Part shown: positions 37,011 to 49,630 of the stretch, in pieces
Layout of the letters: each line of letters starts with the position of its first letter
Numbering within the stretch: position 1 is the stretch's first letter
Assembly (NCBI GenBank): GCA_964199315.1
Contig: OZ116703.1
Coordinates: 18,538,001-18,602,000, forward strand
Reading direction: 5' to 3'
Source: Orbicella franksi
Lineage: Eukaryota
Length of the DNA stretch: 64,000 nucleotides
Notes under the pieces: model-generated
Seen by the model: the letters and a program-made list of their open reading frames with translations, nothing else
Told to the model about the DNA's origin: nothing
The model's database searches: none
Translations under genes and position numbers: made by a program

Positions 37011-37617
37011 TAGACTATTAGTAAGACACGTAACAGACGCCAAGAGCGGAAAAACGCGCGATTGGGAAATCACGATTTGACTTGTTTATTCCAAACTGTT
37101 TGAAAAACAGCAAGTTTACTCCAATTGATTGGATCATTTTCATCAAGGTTTTATCATAGTTAAGAGAGGAAATGGTTAAGATCTAAGAAGCAAACAAACA
37201 GGCAAAGTTTTATGTTGGAAGGTCCTTGATCCTGCACATATTTTGTGTTTTGCTCATTGGCTATGCATGAATTACATGCTTGCAATGTTTCCATTGGTTG
37301 GTTGCACAAGCACACACAACCAACTTTTGTATTTTGCCAGTTTTTTTTCGCAGACCCAGCCCTTAAAACAGCCAACAAAAACAGACAACAAAGAACTTTG
37401 CCAGGTTTCATAACCATTTCCCTCTATTAACCATGGTTTTATCTCCCAATGGAAGAACTTGAAAGGGAACACTTCCATGGAGCCAGCGCTGCAGCCAGCG
37501 CTGCAGCCCCAGGGGAGATCCTAGATGGAATCGTCCCCATGAAAGCCTCCATGGACAACGTTACTACCCTACCCTCTGCCGACTCAACGAGTTCTTCACC
37601 TGACGCTTCATGACGGC

Positions 37618-37699
37618 TAGCCTACGTGTAGCTGTACCCACCCCCCCCCCTGAGGAAAAACGTTTTTCCTCAGGGGATGGGTACGGCTACACTAGGCTA
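37618..37699. mobile_element. TAGCCT...AGGCTA-type MITE
   Basis: TIR tagcctacgtgtagctgtaccca / tgggtacggctacactaggcta with a perfect internal palindrome ccctgaggaaaaacgtttttcctcaggg. Confidence 0.7.
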
Positions 37700-37949
37700 C
37701 ATGATGGCCAATCCCAAGAGGGCCGTTTAAGTCCCAAATGTATTCCTGCTGGGTCTGTTGTGTGCTCTATCCTTTGCGGGTACATGAAACCTGCTCAACC
37801 GACTCAACTAGCTCTTCCTTCTCCTGATGCCGAATGACGGCCAAGCTAAGAAAGCAGGTCAATTTCCAAATTCAATTAAGACTGTTAAAAGCTCTAGATC
37901 CCTAATTATGTCTTCTTGGAAGCGCTGGGGGTAGGGGGTTGAGGGGAAT

Positions 37950-38530
37950 GGGGTGGTGTACTTGTCACCTCTCGCCGGCGGATCACTGAGAAACTTAGTC
38001 CTCACGCTTAATCAGCATAGAAACCGACCCCTGAGGGCTGACTCGCGATTTTGGACTACTAGTGCTTTATGCTGCATAACAGAGCGAGATACTGTATACG
38101 TGGACGTGATTTCACCCTCAAAGAAATGTAGACGATAAATATAAATCCACTAATAGTACCTCCACCTTTTCCAGTTCACGAAACGTACCTCATTTGAACT
38201 TCGTAAAATAGCAATAAGGGCGCGAAAAATTAGCCTGATCGGCAGTCATTACGTCCAGTTTTACGTCTTTTTGATAATGCTGGCAAGTTTTTCGACGATG
38301 TTTTTACCCAGCGGAGTCTGGGGAGATTGCAAGACTACTCGAGGTATGGGGGTGGCCGGAGTGGACGGGGGGAGGGAGGGAGAAAGGGAGGAACGTTGAT
38401 CACGGACAAAGCAGCTTCAAGATCGGGTCGAAAGAGTGAGCATAGATAGCTGGCCCTGCGACCAAAAGCACAGCATGTCTCAATGGAATTTAGATCGAAT
38501 TGTTTGTCAAGAAACTTGCTTTCATCCTTC
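37950..38530 (+). repeat. Interspersed repeat, copy 1 (unclassified)
   Basis: Colinear with 44720-45240; shared blocks tgtcacctctcgc, gagcgagatac..gtggacgtgat.tcaccctc, cacctccaccttt, tacctcatttgaac.tcgtaaaata, caagactactcg, gcacagcat.tctcaatggaat, agaaacttgctttcat. Confidence 0.75.
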
Positions 38531-40258
38531 GTTGTTTTCAAGAAAACATTTATGTACATGTTAACATAAATACGAAATGTAAACCTCCCTTCGCTATCAA
38601 CGAAGTCTTAATTTTTTTCCCTCTCTTTTGCTTTAATCAGGTGGTCTGCCTAGTATGGGGACTTTGTCTCTTTTGCTGACCATCCTTGTGACTATTTTAT
38701 TCTTTTATTGCTTGTATTTTCCATGTTATCTTCGCCATTAAATTGTAATAAGTAAATAAATAAATAAATAAATCAAAAATTGCTCGTTTAAAACTGAAAT
38801 AGCTTCTACAGATTTTTACAACAGTTTGCTTTTTGCGTCTGGAATCTCCATGAGTTGTTTGGTATAATTTTCAGGTAATTTGAGGACAAAAACAGCTTGT
38901 CACGAAAATCTACTCTTCCAGCTCCAAATGCTTATATGTATTCCCTCGGTTATACTCGTGAAGCCCTTATCTCTTGTTTTCCATTTGTCGTTGGTTATAT
39001 AAGTTGTTACGATCATTTTTCTGCAATATATCCATATTTTAGATCTTTTCAAAAAACGTATTATTAGTTTTCTGACGGTATAAACTATAGAGTTGGTTAA
39101 TTTTTCAATATATATCAGATTAAAAACCGAGCAGCTTTCTTGAAAATGTACGTACAAAAGGTACACCATGTACACCACTTTGCCTTTGATAGCACGGTTT
39201 GATAGGTTTCTCCAACTGACTTCTAGATCATATCCATCTTAAATATGTTAAAAGAATGTCTCTGCACTCAACAGCACGCTTTATGATTTTATACCGTTAA
39301 AAACAGAACGAGAAATAATAATCAAAAGGCACTATTAGAATTTAACTCCCTCCTAAAAGGCGAATACTGCCTGTCAATAATTATCTAATTCTACGTTAAT
39401 AATATTTATTGTGGCAGCTGCAGAAATATGCACCCCCTTCGTGACAAGAATAAAATTAAGGCAGCCTTTCCCCTTTCTTCGTCTAAAGGGCTGTAAAATG
39501 ACAGCTATCCCTTTTCTTCTCAACCACGCTGAGTTAGTGTGCTTAATGGGCACTCGTATAATGTAGTCCATCACCCGGCTCAAATGTTAGCTTCTGTTGT
39601 CAATGTATTCATTCTGTTATGCTAAACAAATGATGAAATTTGAGACGCAATACAGCTGCTCTCCGCCGCTCTGTCGAGTCCGTTCTATGTTCCTCCCCCC
39701 TCCCCACCAGCTCCTTTCCCAAACGGCGGCTAGTCATCTATCTCCATCTAAAAGTCATAACATGGCTTTTTACTTGTGTTTTGCACCATCCTCATCTCTT
39801 TATTCACAATTACGAACAAATCCTCAGTACAACTTTATGATTTACCAAGAAGGAATTTTATAATCGCTTTTACTCCTACAAAAGCACGTAAGGCGTCAAC
39901 ATACTTATAGACTAAACTGAGCGTAGCTCTTAGATGAAAACAGCTTTCGGAAAATCTCAACCGTATCGGTTTTACTTTTTTCTTGTTAAGTTCAAGGAAC
40001 TACATCACGACTTGCGCATCTTGAAAAGTTTCGCCTAAATTTTTCAAGTTCGTCATTTGTAATCCGTGTCAATCTTGTCTATCCTTCCCTCTTCCTTTAT
40101 GGTTTATTAGTATCTCTTTGATTTCTTCCGTCATAGGAACCTACTATTTTAAAGTTTCCTTCAATCTAAAGGTAATTCTGTACGCGGCCAAAATAATTTA
40201 AAATACAGTGACTGAGCTCCTTTAAAGGTATGATATAGTTCCACAAGAGTTTACTCGA

Positions 40259-41198
40259 TCAACAGCAAAGTGCTCGTCTGATTGTGTCCTTCACTGCCTG
40301 TTTTACATCGTCAATTTTCCAGCAGTAGAGAAGTGGGTTTAATGACGGGTTTAAGAAAACTAAAGTGGATGTATAACTGCCAGCGACTAAAAGTAACGAA
40401 GATGGCTCAGTGAAAATGGTCAAAGTTACCGTTATTGCATGTGGTAGATAACAAGCGACTAACGTGAACTGCAACCACAGTGCACTGGACAGTACTTTTT
40501 TGTATCGCGCTATGTTCAGTTGATTTGTTTTGCTCGGTTGCTGAACATGGTCCTGTGTTTGATGTCGCTGATGACGAAGGGTGAAGAAGATCTTCGTGTA
40601 ACAGAAGATCGAGGTTGCTGTACACAGTGAAGCAACTATAATGGCGTACCCTAAGGCTACTGGGGAAATTTAAAAATGCCTGACCGTTGAAAAGACCGTG
40701 GACACAGTCCAAAAGGAAACAATGACCAAGAAGGCACGCTTCAAAGTTACAACTTGTCTGTATCTCAGTCCTTACGACAGGGCGAGAAGTCTGTCCACGC
40801 TAATCGCAGTCAGTGTCAACGAAGAAATCGTACACAAAATAATTCCTGCTGCAGGCTGCAACTGCTCTATGGCGACAAATCTTCCAATGCCCATTCATTG
40901 CAGTCACCCACTGAGCAACAAAGAGGGGCTGTGGAATAACTCCAGTACATAGATCAGTAACTGCAAGGCTGCGAAGCAAAAGTTTGGACGGCGGATGAAG
41001 TGAAGACTCCTTGCGAAGAGCAAAGCAGATCAGAGTATTTCCAAGAAATGCAGTGACGGACGGAGAAGAGTTTAAAACTGAGACTAATGTGTACTGGCCA
41101 TGTATTCCAGCAGTTAAATCTGGTGGGCAGTAGACTTGTTCAAGCGTCGTGGCAAATAAGGTCTGGTTTTCGTCTTTAGAAACGTTTGCTGTAGCCAT
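40259..41198 (-). pseudogene. Intronless class A (rhodopsin-like) GPCR pseudogene, adenosine/melanocortin-receptor-like orphan family
   Basis: TM1 AFLGNTLI, TM2 SLAVTDLCTG, TM3 TAISVDRLLAL, ICL2 LRYRQVVT, TM6 CYLP, TM7 NPSLNPLLYCW. One frameshift at ~40850-40870 and in-frame TAA stops at 40774-40772 and 40672-40670. Confidence 0.88.
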
Positions 41199-42009
41199 TA
41201 CTCTGCAATATGACTAGCTGTATGTAGGCGCTAGCTACTGCTCTGAGCTAGAATGCCTTGATTAAAATTCATGCTTTTTAATTGTCAAAAATGTCATCCA
41301 TGAGCTATCTGATTTAGAAAAACAATTTAACTAGCCGCCCGAGCAGATGGTTTTACTGCCAAAGACAGACTTTCTACAGTTTAGCACTATTTAGTTTTGA
41401 TAAACATCGAAATAAGGGCAAAAATACAAATTTATAATCCCAACTATTGGACTCAAACCTCTTACTTTCGTACCTCCTGAGCACAAAGTATGAGTTAAGT
41501 TATTTCTTGAAAGAGGAAATTTAAGGAAACAAATTCTAATAGGGATTGATATCATGAACAGTTCAAGACAGAACAGTTTGACTTTTGTTTTAATTCTAGG
41601 AGATGATATCTTAACTTGACAGTTCTGTTCATATTTTTTCCGTGACTTTTCAAGCTATCAGAAAAATGGAATTAATGGTCGCGCATTTAATGAGTAAAAC
41701 TGTTGATCAAAAAAAATGGCATCTATTTTCTGATTTTCAGTCTCATGTCAGTCTATCATTGCAGGTTTTTCGCGAGGAGCTACAGGTATCTTACCAAATT
41801 TATTTAGTTTCAGCGAAGCTACCCCACTTCACATGATATGAACCCTAGCGAGAAGGGAGAGGTCGGCAAGACTTAAAGCTGCATTTCAGAGAACGCCATT
41901 GCTAACTTCGATGTTCTCAAGAAAGGGGCATATTAATATTAGGAAAGACCTCATTATTTGGAATTAAGTTCTCCATCTGCCCTTTCTATCAACGTTTTTC
42001 AGCATTTAA

Positions 42010-42888
42010 GGACGGTGCCTACTTTTGTTAGTGCGCACATGTTCTGCGCATCACGCAAGCATGGTTTAAGTGCCACGCGCGCGCTGGGTTGACAGTGAAG
42101 CAATCAACTACGCTACCAAGTACACGACTAAAATGAAAGCAAAGTTTTCCTACTGTGACCAAATCAAGTTTAATAAACCTGTACTTAAACCAGGAATACC
42201 AGACTAGCAGCGTATCGCTAACCACTAACTGTTAACGTCTTCAAGCTGAAAAACTAGCCGTTATCTGTCGAAAATTATACTGAAATCCAATTGTAAACAT
42301 GTACCTGCACATGGCGTAGTGCGCGCGCGAAACAAGCATGAGATACGCCATTGTTTTACTTACTAGGGAGGTGACAGGAAAAAATGTTACGGGCACCGTA
42401 AAAGTTTTCAAAAAAGATCAATAACTTTAAAAAACGCGCGGTTACCCCTACATTTTATGTTATGAAATGGAAGTGGTAAGCCTATTCAACACGTGATTAG
42501 TTTCTGATTGTGAGCAAAAGGTATTTAGACTGTATTTTAGCTGAACCAGAGGAAGGTTGTCAGAGACGCTAAAAACGCTGTGGCAACGATTTTGTTATTA
42601 AAAACATACCAAAAATGGTTTTTATGTTACCATTTACCATGTAGTTTTAAGATCTTTATAAATGTGTTTGTTTTTCTGTATATAAAGGCGAATTCTAACT
42701 ACATCTGTGAAGAAATATCCTTTCCTTCTTTTTTCAGAAAAATGCTGATGTCAGCATTTTTGTTGAGAAAAAAAATGCGTGGCTTCCCCAATTTTTCTTT
42801 GTGGATGCCAATAACCTTTACAAAGATCTACTTTTTCCGCGTGGTCCTAACCTGGCGCAAAAACCTCTGTATTTAGTAGGCACCGTCC
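42010..42888. mobile_element. Non-autonomous TTAA-inserting DNA transposon (Kolobok-like)
   Basis: Perfect 14-bp TIR GGACGGTGCCTACT / AGTAGGCACCGTCC flanked by TTAA (42006-42009) and TCAA (42889-42892). No transposase ORF. Confidence 0.7.
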
Positions 42889-43556
42889 TCAAGTGGTTGT
42901 TTCGTTTAGGTCGAAGATTCAAATTAATTTCGTGCAATTCATTGATGTGTTTTTCGTTGAAAATGACAGCTACATTCTTATCTTTTTGTAAGAATACATT
43001 TTACAAGTGTCGAACCTGAAATTTGCGAAATTTTAAGAATATTTCAAGATAAACCCTAGGCCGAGACTTTGCAAAGAATATACTTTTGTGTGTTGAACAG
43101 TTGTAAATACATTGCATTAATATGTTTCTAACCGAACCGTATAAAATTCGTCCTCTCTCTAGACCGCAAAACTTGCCAAAAACCAACAAAAACAGCCCTG
43201 CAGCCGTATGTTCGATGCTCAGTATACTGAACGTAAGGAGTTATGTGTGTCATACACACTTGTAGTTGACACCCCAATACATTCTAAGACAGAAATGTCG
43301 TACGCTATAATCTAAGAATGTTGACAGGAGTATTGTCAGCCTAAAATCGGCAGAAAAATAAGAATGCTAAGTCTACGCCGGAAAAACCATATTTTAATAA
43401 ATAAAAGAGTGTACTTTGCCAGAGCTAGTATATAGTTTCCGCAGCTTTTATCTTTCCTTGTTCATAAACAACTGGCAACTCTCATTTCATTCAAGCTGAA
43501 AAACAGATCTTTGTTTAATTTACTCTTCAATTCAACATTTGCTGTCTATATACTCT

Positions 43557-43917
43557 CCCGGGGTGGAGTTCTCCCAGAAAAATTGTGTGGGGGGTACGTA
43601 CGTGCGGCCCGCTTCCCAAAACCCTTACTCTATTGTTAAATACCAAAATCTGCAATTGTCCCAACTCTTTTATGATCTGACCAAAAATTCGAAACCCTAT
43701 CTAAGACGTGACACTTAAATCAATACACTGTTTCAGACCTGCCTTGTAATGAAAAAGTAGCTTTTTCTGAAAAAACATACCGGATTCAAGACTAGAGTGC
43801 ACTGGAAAACCATACCTTATTTGAGACCAAAATTGCTCAAAAAACATACCCTTTGGGGCCGCATATATTTATACAGCCCATTTTAAGGAGTACCCCGCTC
43901 CCACCCCCACCCCCGGG
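43557..43917. mobile_element. CCCGGGG...CCCCGGG MITE (related to the 1611-2045 element)
   Basis: Termini CCCGGGG / GGAGTACCCC..CCCCGGG. 8-bp repeat CTATATAC at 43546-43553 and 43918-43925. Confidence 0.65.
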
Positions 43918-44062
43918 CTATATACCCAACATTAGAGCAAAGAAAGCACGAGTGGACATCTACTTTAATTCCCATTTACGAACAGTTGGAAATTCTAAAG
44001 AACCTACTTCCTGGGCGCCCAATTAACAACTTATACTTGATGCTATCTTTGTTCGTATATAT

Positions 44063-44135
44063 TGAAAGTGAAGAAAGATCATCGCAGTAAATTTTCCAAC
44101 TTAAGCAACTGGAAAGAAGAAGCCTGAAAAAATCA

Positions 44136-44169
<34 letters not shown>

Positions 44170-44243
44170 GAATACCGGTGCGATTGCTTAAACTGGATTG
44201 CTTAAATTGGAAAATTGTTTGCGATGATCATTCTTCACTTTCA
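44063..44243. mobile_element. Inverted-repeat element enclosing a tRNA-derived (B-box) segment
   Basis: ~46-bp imperfect TIR (44063-44108 / 44198-44243). Interior read on minus strand is GGTCACGGGTTCGAATCCCGTTGAAGCCC, a T-arm/B-box. Confidence 0.7.
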
Positions 44244-44719
44244 TCTACAACCGCAGTTCAAATATGAATTATTTCATATATACTCTCATATATACTTTGT
44301 TCATATTCATAGATGCATTAGATATCGAAGGTTTTAGATGTGCAAATTTGCTAATAGAGTTTGAATTCAGCTTAAATAACTCGTCAAATTAAAGCAAAAG
44401 ATGGAAATCCTGAACGAAAAATTCAAACTAATTTTTCTCGTGCATGCGCTACACAGTAACAGTTCCGTCAATGGTAAAATTTAAAAACGTTCTAAAAATA
44501 TAGAAAAACACAGACATACACAAGCTTTCGACTGCCTAAACGATAGTCTTTTCTTGCATTTTTTTTCAGTGTTGGGTATCCTTTATTTCTTGGAAAAGGT
44601 CAAAGTTCTGCCAGTTTTATGAGACAGTTAAAGCTTTTACGAATTTGAGAGTCTTTAAATGCTTGTTCACAGATGTTGCCCATTTGCACACGTCCTCTCG
44701 GGGGTGGTGCGGTGTGAGT

Positions 44720-45240
44720 TGTTGCGTACCTGTCACCTCTCGCGCCTCAAGCGTTTATCTTAGACCTTCGGGTCACTAAGAAACTCTGCCTCACTCATAC
44801 TCAACAGGGAGACCGATTTATCACGGCTGACTCGTGAAGTTGGACCACTAGGGCCTTAAGCTAAACAAGAGAGCGAGATACCAGCTGTAAATGTGGACGT
44901 GATATCACCCTCGTACACTATTTACTATACATATAAAGCCACCATTATTAGCACCTCCACCTTTTACAGCTCACGAAATGTACCTCATTTGAACCTCGTA
45001 AAATAAGAGCGCGAAATAACCAACCCCATTGCGTCTAGTTATACGATTTTAGGTAATGTTGTTGGCGATTTTTGACGATTTCTTTGCCCGGCGGAGTCTT
45101 GAGAGAATACAAGACTACTCGGGATACGAGGGACACCGCAGTGGGTCAGCCCGGCGGCCAGACGCACAAATAAATCAAACACATTTATGCACAGCATCTC
45201 TCAATGGAATGTCTGTCGAGAAACTTGCTTTCATTCTTAC
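44720..45240 (+). repeat. Interspersed repeat, copy 2 (unclassified)
   Basis: Diverged colinear homolog of 37950-38530. Confidence 0.75.
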
Positions 45241-45433
45241 TTAAGTAATTTAATTTACGTGAATAAGAGAAGTAATGAACAGTTACCAAAGTCAAAGAAA
45301 GGGACAAAGTGGACACCAAACCAAAGAGATGATTGGCGCTGTTGGACCAGGAAGAGCAGGCCTTCGCCAGTCAGGCTCCCACTACTGGGTGTCACATCAC
45401 ACGAAGCCCCTAAGGTGCCCGTAAAATGGTAGT

Positions 45434-46318
45434 TGGTGAGTTGCATTTCTAGGAGAAGAAGAGGCACTGAGCAGCAGCAGCAGCAGCTGCAGCAGCTGGT
45501 CTTGCTATTGAAACAATGTGCTTAGAGTTAGAGGAGTAGTCCTAGCCCAGAGTGCTTTCCTTGCCTGCCCTGCTGGGTGCCGCTCTGGATCAGCTTGCTT
45601 ATACGACCCTTTTCTGCCTTTTTCCAACTCCCATCACTGATCTTAAGCAGTGGGGCCTTATCGAGGATGAAACCTACTAAGTCTGCTAATTGCCGTGCAG
45701 TCTTCGAGCGTATACCGTGGCTAACTTCACGAGCTCAATCAAGTGCTCAAATTTAAGCCCTTACAGAGACCAGAAAAACTCAGTGCTCATTGGCGAGTGC
45801 ACGTGCGGAACAGGCATGGGGACAAGCCCACTAACATCAAGTGCCGCCCTGTTGGAGTCCTTCTTTCTCTGATGTCATCACGAGCCACCATCTTTCATCC
45901 TAAGTTACTCACCACCACCCCTGACTGGCATGTCTCGGTTGACCATTTTGAACCCATGGTGCTGCCTGCACACAGTGCCATTACCATGCAACATTCGGCC
46001 AGGTATCATTACATGGTCAGACTTAACCGATCGTGTGTTTCTGATATTTGTAGTACTCTGGGAAAAAGAGGGAAGTTTGAGTTTTCACACGAACTCAAAC
46101 TAACCAAGTACGTCACCCTCTCAGCTGATTGTGAGAATAGAGGCTGGCCTTGAAGTGTGCTGGCCATCGAGATCATTGATCTACGATGATCCTTCTCTCT
46201 AGCCTCGGCATTGCCAAGATCCATCAAGGTATTGTTATCAAGGCTATTCAGAGTGAAGTGTAAGCTGCCAACGCTAGCTGCCACGTGCCTCTTCTTCTCC
46301 TAGAAATGCAACTCACCA
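45434..46318. mobile_element. Rearranged remnant of an RLE-type non-LTR retrotransposon (HERO-like) bounded by a 34-bp inverted repeat
   Basis: Plus strand has LNQVLK, LLTTTPDWHVSVD and HELKLTKYVTLSADCENRGW*SVLAIEI (restriction-like endonuclease C-terminus). Minus strand 45480-45690 has SWKKAEK..IQSGTQQGRQG..GLG. Perfect IR at 45434-45467 / 46285-46318. Confidence 0.6.
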
Positions 46319-49300
46319 GGCAAACGAATTGATTTACCAAGAGAAATGAGAAAAAAGATCGAACGTAACGGGTATTCTTGAACGTGTATCCGGAATTACG
46401 CAATTTGTAGGTAACTTTGTCACGAGGTCCAACTTCGATTCTTTGGACAAAGCGGGTTCATCTTTCCACAGCTTACATCTCTGCAACTGCTCCACTGTAG
46501 TTACTTTTGACATACTTGAGTTTTCCAGTAAAGCCTGAAAAACTGGAAAACGAGATAACACATCAAAAACCTCACACGACGAACACATCACCCGATCATA
46601 TGTGTGGAGACATTCTTATTTCCTTGAGAATTAGCCCTATGGTAAACGCGACCAAGGTTAAAACTGAACTGATTCCAAACATGTCTTACTGCATGACGAA
46701 AACAGTGTTTTGCCTAAAACAAGAGATGATGAAAATAGGTTGCTACATCACAATGAAAAATCACTCAGAAAAATTAAGATTTCACAGCCGAAAAAAGAAA
46801 TTTGGATCAGCGCGTTCCAAGACGTATTCACGGTCTGGACAGAAATCTCCGCCCTTACTACTGTCGGATATTTCGTCATCAGGTATGAGTTTTGTTATTT
46901 TTTCCAGCTGTTCTAAGATTTAACTTCGGCCCAGTCATACGCTGTGTTTCATATGCGTCGAACACAACTTTAATCCTTTAAACTCGCTAAAATCGTTTCA
47001 AATAAGTACAATTTCCACTCAAGTAATAATGCGCCTGTCACTAGAAACCCCACCCCTCCACCATAGAGGGAGCAAAAATTAAAAGAGAACATTGACCACA
47101 CAGACAACTACGTTAAGATAATACTACACATGCGTATAGAGGGCTATGCGTGGCTATAGAGTGCTATGTTCCACATGTCTCGCTATGTAGGACTGTATTT
47201 CCAGTAACAAGTGCATAAAGCGTACCAGTAACTAAGCAGGATGATTCTATGATCTATTACCATGTAGTCGAAATCAAGTATCAGCAGCGATGTTTCTGCG
47301 GTTTGGGTCTCACTCGACGCGACTTAAATGCGTCGTCTCAGTTAGACCTTACTTTATTCAGAGAGGTAATTTTCTTGCGAATTCATTTTACCATTTCCTC
47401 GAAGGGGGAAAACGTGCTTCAACTGGCGTACATTAATTTTACCACAATCCGACGGTGGTGTGCGCTCCTGACCAAACCAGTCGCAGTTTGAAACGTTGGC
47501 CAACTTGTGAGTTATATACTTGATGAGCAACACGTTTTTTAACAATTAGATGATCAATCACCCACTTTTCAACCCACCGCGCATTTATCGTAGGTATATT
47601 AGGCGGTATTAGTGATTCTCACAATCCGATTATTGAGTAATAAACGAATACATTAACAGGTCGGAATAAGAGTGAGGTGTTTTGGAGTGTTACTGATAAT
47701 TTTTTTTTTTCACTTTAAACTGCCTCCAGACGTGGACTAAACTCTGGTTTCGGAGTAGCCTAGGATATATTTGAGTTGTTTAAATTATCACTTTTAAAAA
47801 ATTATTGGCTTTTCCAAAACAAAATAACTGGATCCTTATATCATTTGACGTTAACTCCGTTTCGACAAGGCAAACGTCAGAGAAAGTAGTCTATACGCCT
47901 GGCCTTGACTGGCCTCTGGCCTCTGTAAGGTTTTCCGCTTTAGATAAGCTGGCATTCCAATAGCTTCAAGGCTGTAGCCGGAAACCCAGAAAGGATTGAT
48001 TTTCTCATACCGACTTTGAACGTGTGATGCGGAAGTTTGAAGAAGGAAGTGTTAACTCATTAAGGAAGTCAAATCTATAGTAAAGAGACATGCAGATTGT
48101 TTCAGCATTCCAGTGTGACGCTCGAAGAAGCTTAGCTTCTAATTTCCAAATTTTACCTTTTCATTTTCTATGTTGGTAGGCATACCCTTTTCCTGATCTA
48201 ACAGATTTGACCTAGATTCAGGTTATACTGAACAGGGGGTCATGAAATCCGTTGTAAAAATTGGAGACTTTCCCTACCCAAACATTTGAAACAATAGCCA
48301 TAGGCGAATTTTGTCAAAGGCTGCAGTCAGAAAAATTAACACTGATTCATTTGGATTTATTTTATTCACAAGTGGATCTCAACCGGAGCCAACTTCCTCA
48401 GCCAGGTTACATGAGAGAGAAGACCGTACTTTGCTCATCCAGAACTGTCACGTGGTCTTGTAGGGCAGTAGCTGCTAGAGATAATAATTGGTGCGTCACG
48501 AAATCTTAGAACAAAGCTTGCGTGACGAGTCAATGGAACACATCACTTCAGTGGTCGCGGGTTTCACAATACAGCAAGACCCTCTTTCAAAAGTCAGCAG
48601 TTGCTAAGTGTACTTTAGAAAGCCTATAGCTGTTGTTCTCTGATGTTCGATTATGTTCATATGGATTGCCGTTAATAAGTACGAGTGATTATTGACTCTG
48701 ACAAACTGGTAATAGGATTTATTTTAAATTACCTTTAATCCAATTTACACTTAAAATATTTTTGTCTTTCAATGTGACTTTATAGTAGTATGATCCATGC
48801 TCGGGATACTTTTCACAGCTAAGACTTCTATAAAACAATATCGTTATTGACCTCGAGGAGTGCAACCTGATTGGCTAGGCGTACACCATATATCTCTAAA
48901 GCGCGCGTAACCAATTGCAAAAAAATACCTGGGTAATTACTTTTTCTCTATCTTTAAAACGTGCCTCTTACAAAAAAGATGCCTTAGCTTGTTAGAAAGA
49001 ACTGTGGCTTATGCTTTATCCTGTTAAATGAATAAGACTTTCTGAAAGTGTTTCCTGACGAATTCAACAACAGCCTTGGAGCCTCGTTCAGTTGCTGTTG
49101 TGCATCAGTCGATACTTATGTAAGTGTGCTTATTTCAGAAACCGCGTGTCAATATTTGGTACCCAGAAAAGCGAATCACATGTGTAGCCTGAGTACCCGT
49201 GCCAACCACTTGACTCTGCGTGCAGACGTTAACTTCCTTCCTGCACGAAAAAATCTTACGCAAGAACCACTTGAACAAAGAGGGGACAAATTGTAAGGCA

Positions 49301-49584
49301 GAAATATCGGAGCGAATCTTAATTAACTTTCGATTTTCAACACAGGAAGGATATTCGACTTTAAAATTCGGGCTACCTCCGAGTTAATAGCATTTATTTT
49401 TTTACGAGGTATGTCACTACAGTTTTTTTCTTGGTCCTTAATTAACCTATCTTTCTCCAGTCAAAAAAAAGTGTGACACAAGGTAGCGTTGTGATTCGAT
49501 TTTGTACAGGAGGTGCTTATTATATTGTGGGTGCCCTAGAAACAGAAAGAGAGAGCATTTTATATTCGGGGACTGGGGCTCGTG

Positions 49585-49587
49585 CAT

Positions 49588-49626
<39 letters not shown>

Positions 49627-49630
49627 TTTT
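49585..49630. repeat. (TTTA)n microsatellite
   Basis: About 11 TTTA units. Confidence 0.9.

Noticed and set aside
38335-38559. ORF containing IETCCAFGRRASYLC, resembling the first half of the anaphylatoxin-like motif of genes A and B
   Set aside because: It lies inside the interspersed repeat; the second copy at ~45200 reads IERCCA*. There is no signal exon and no second CC. Treated as coincidence.
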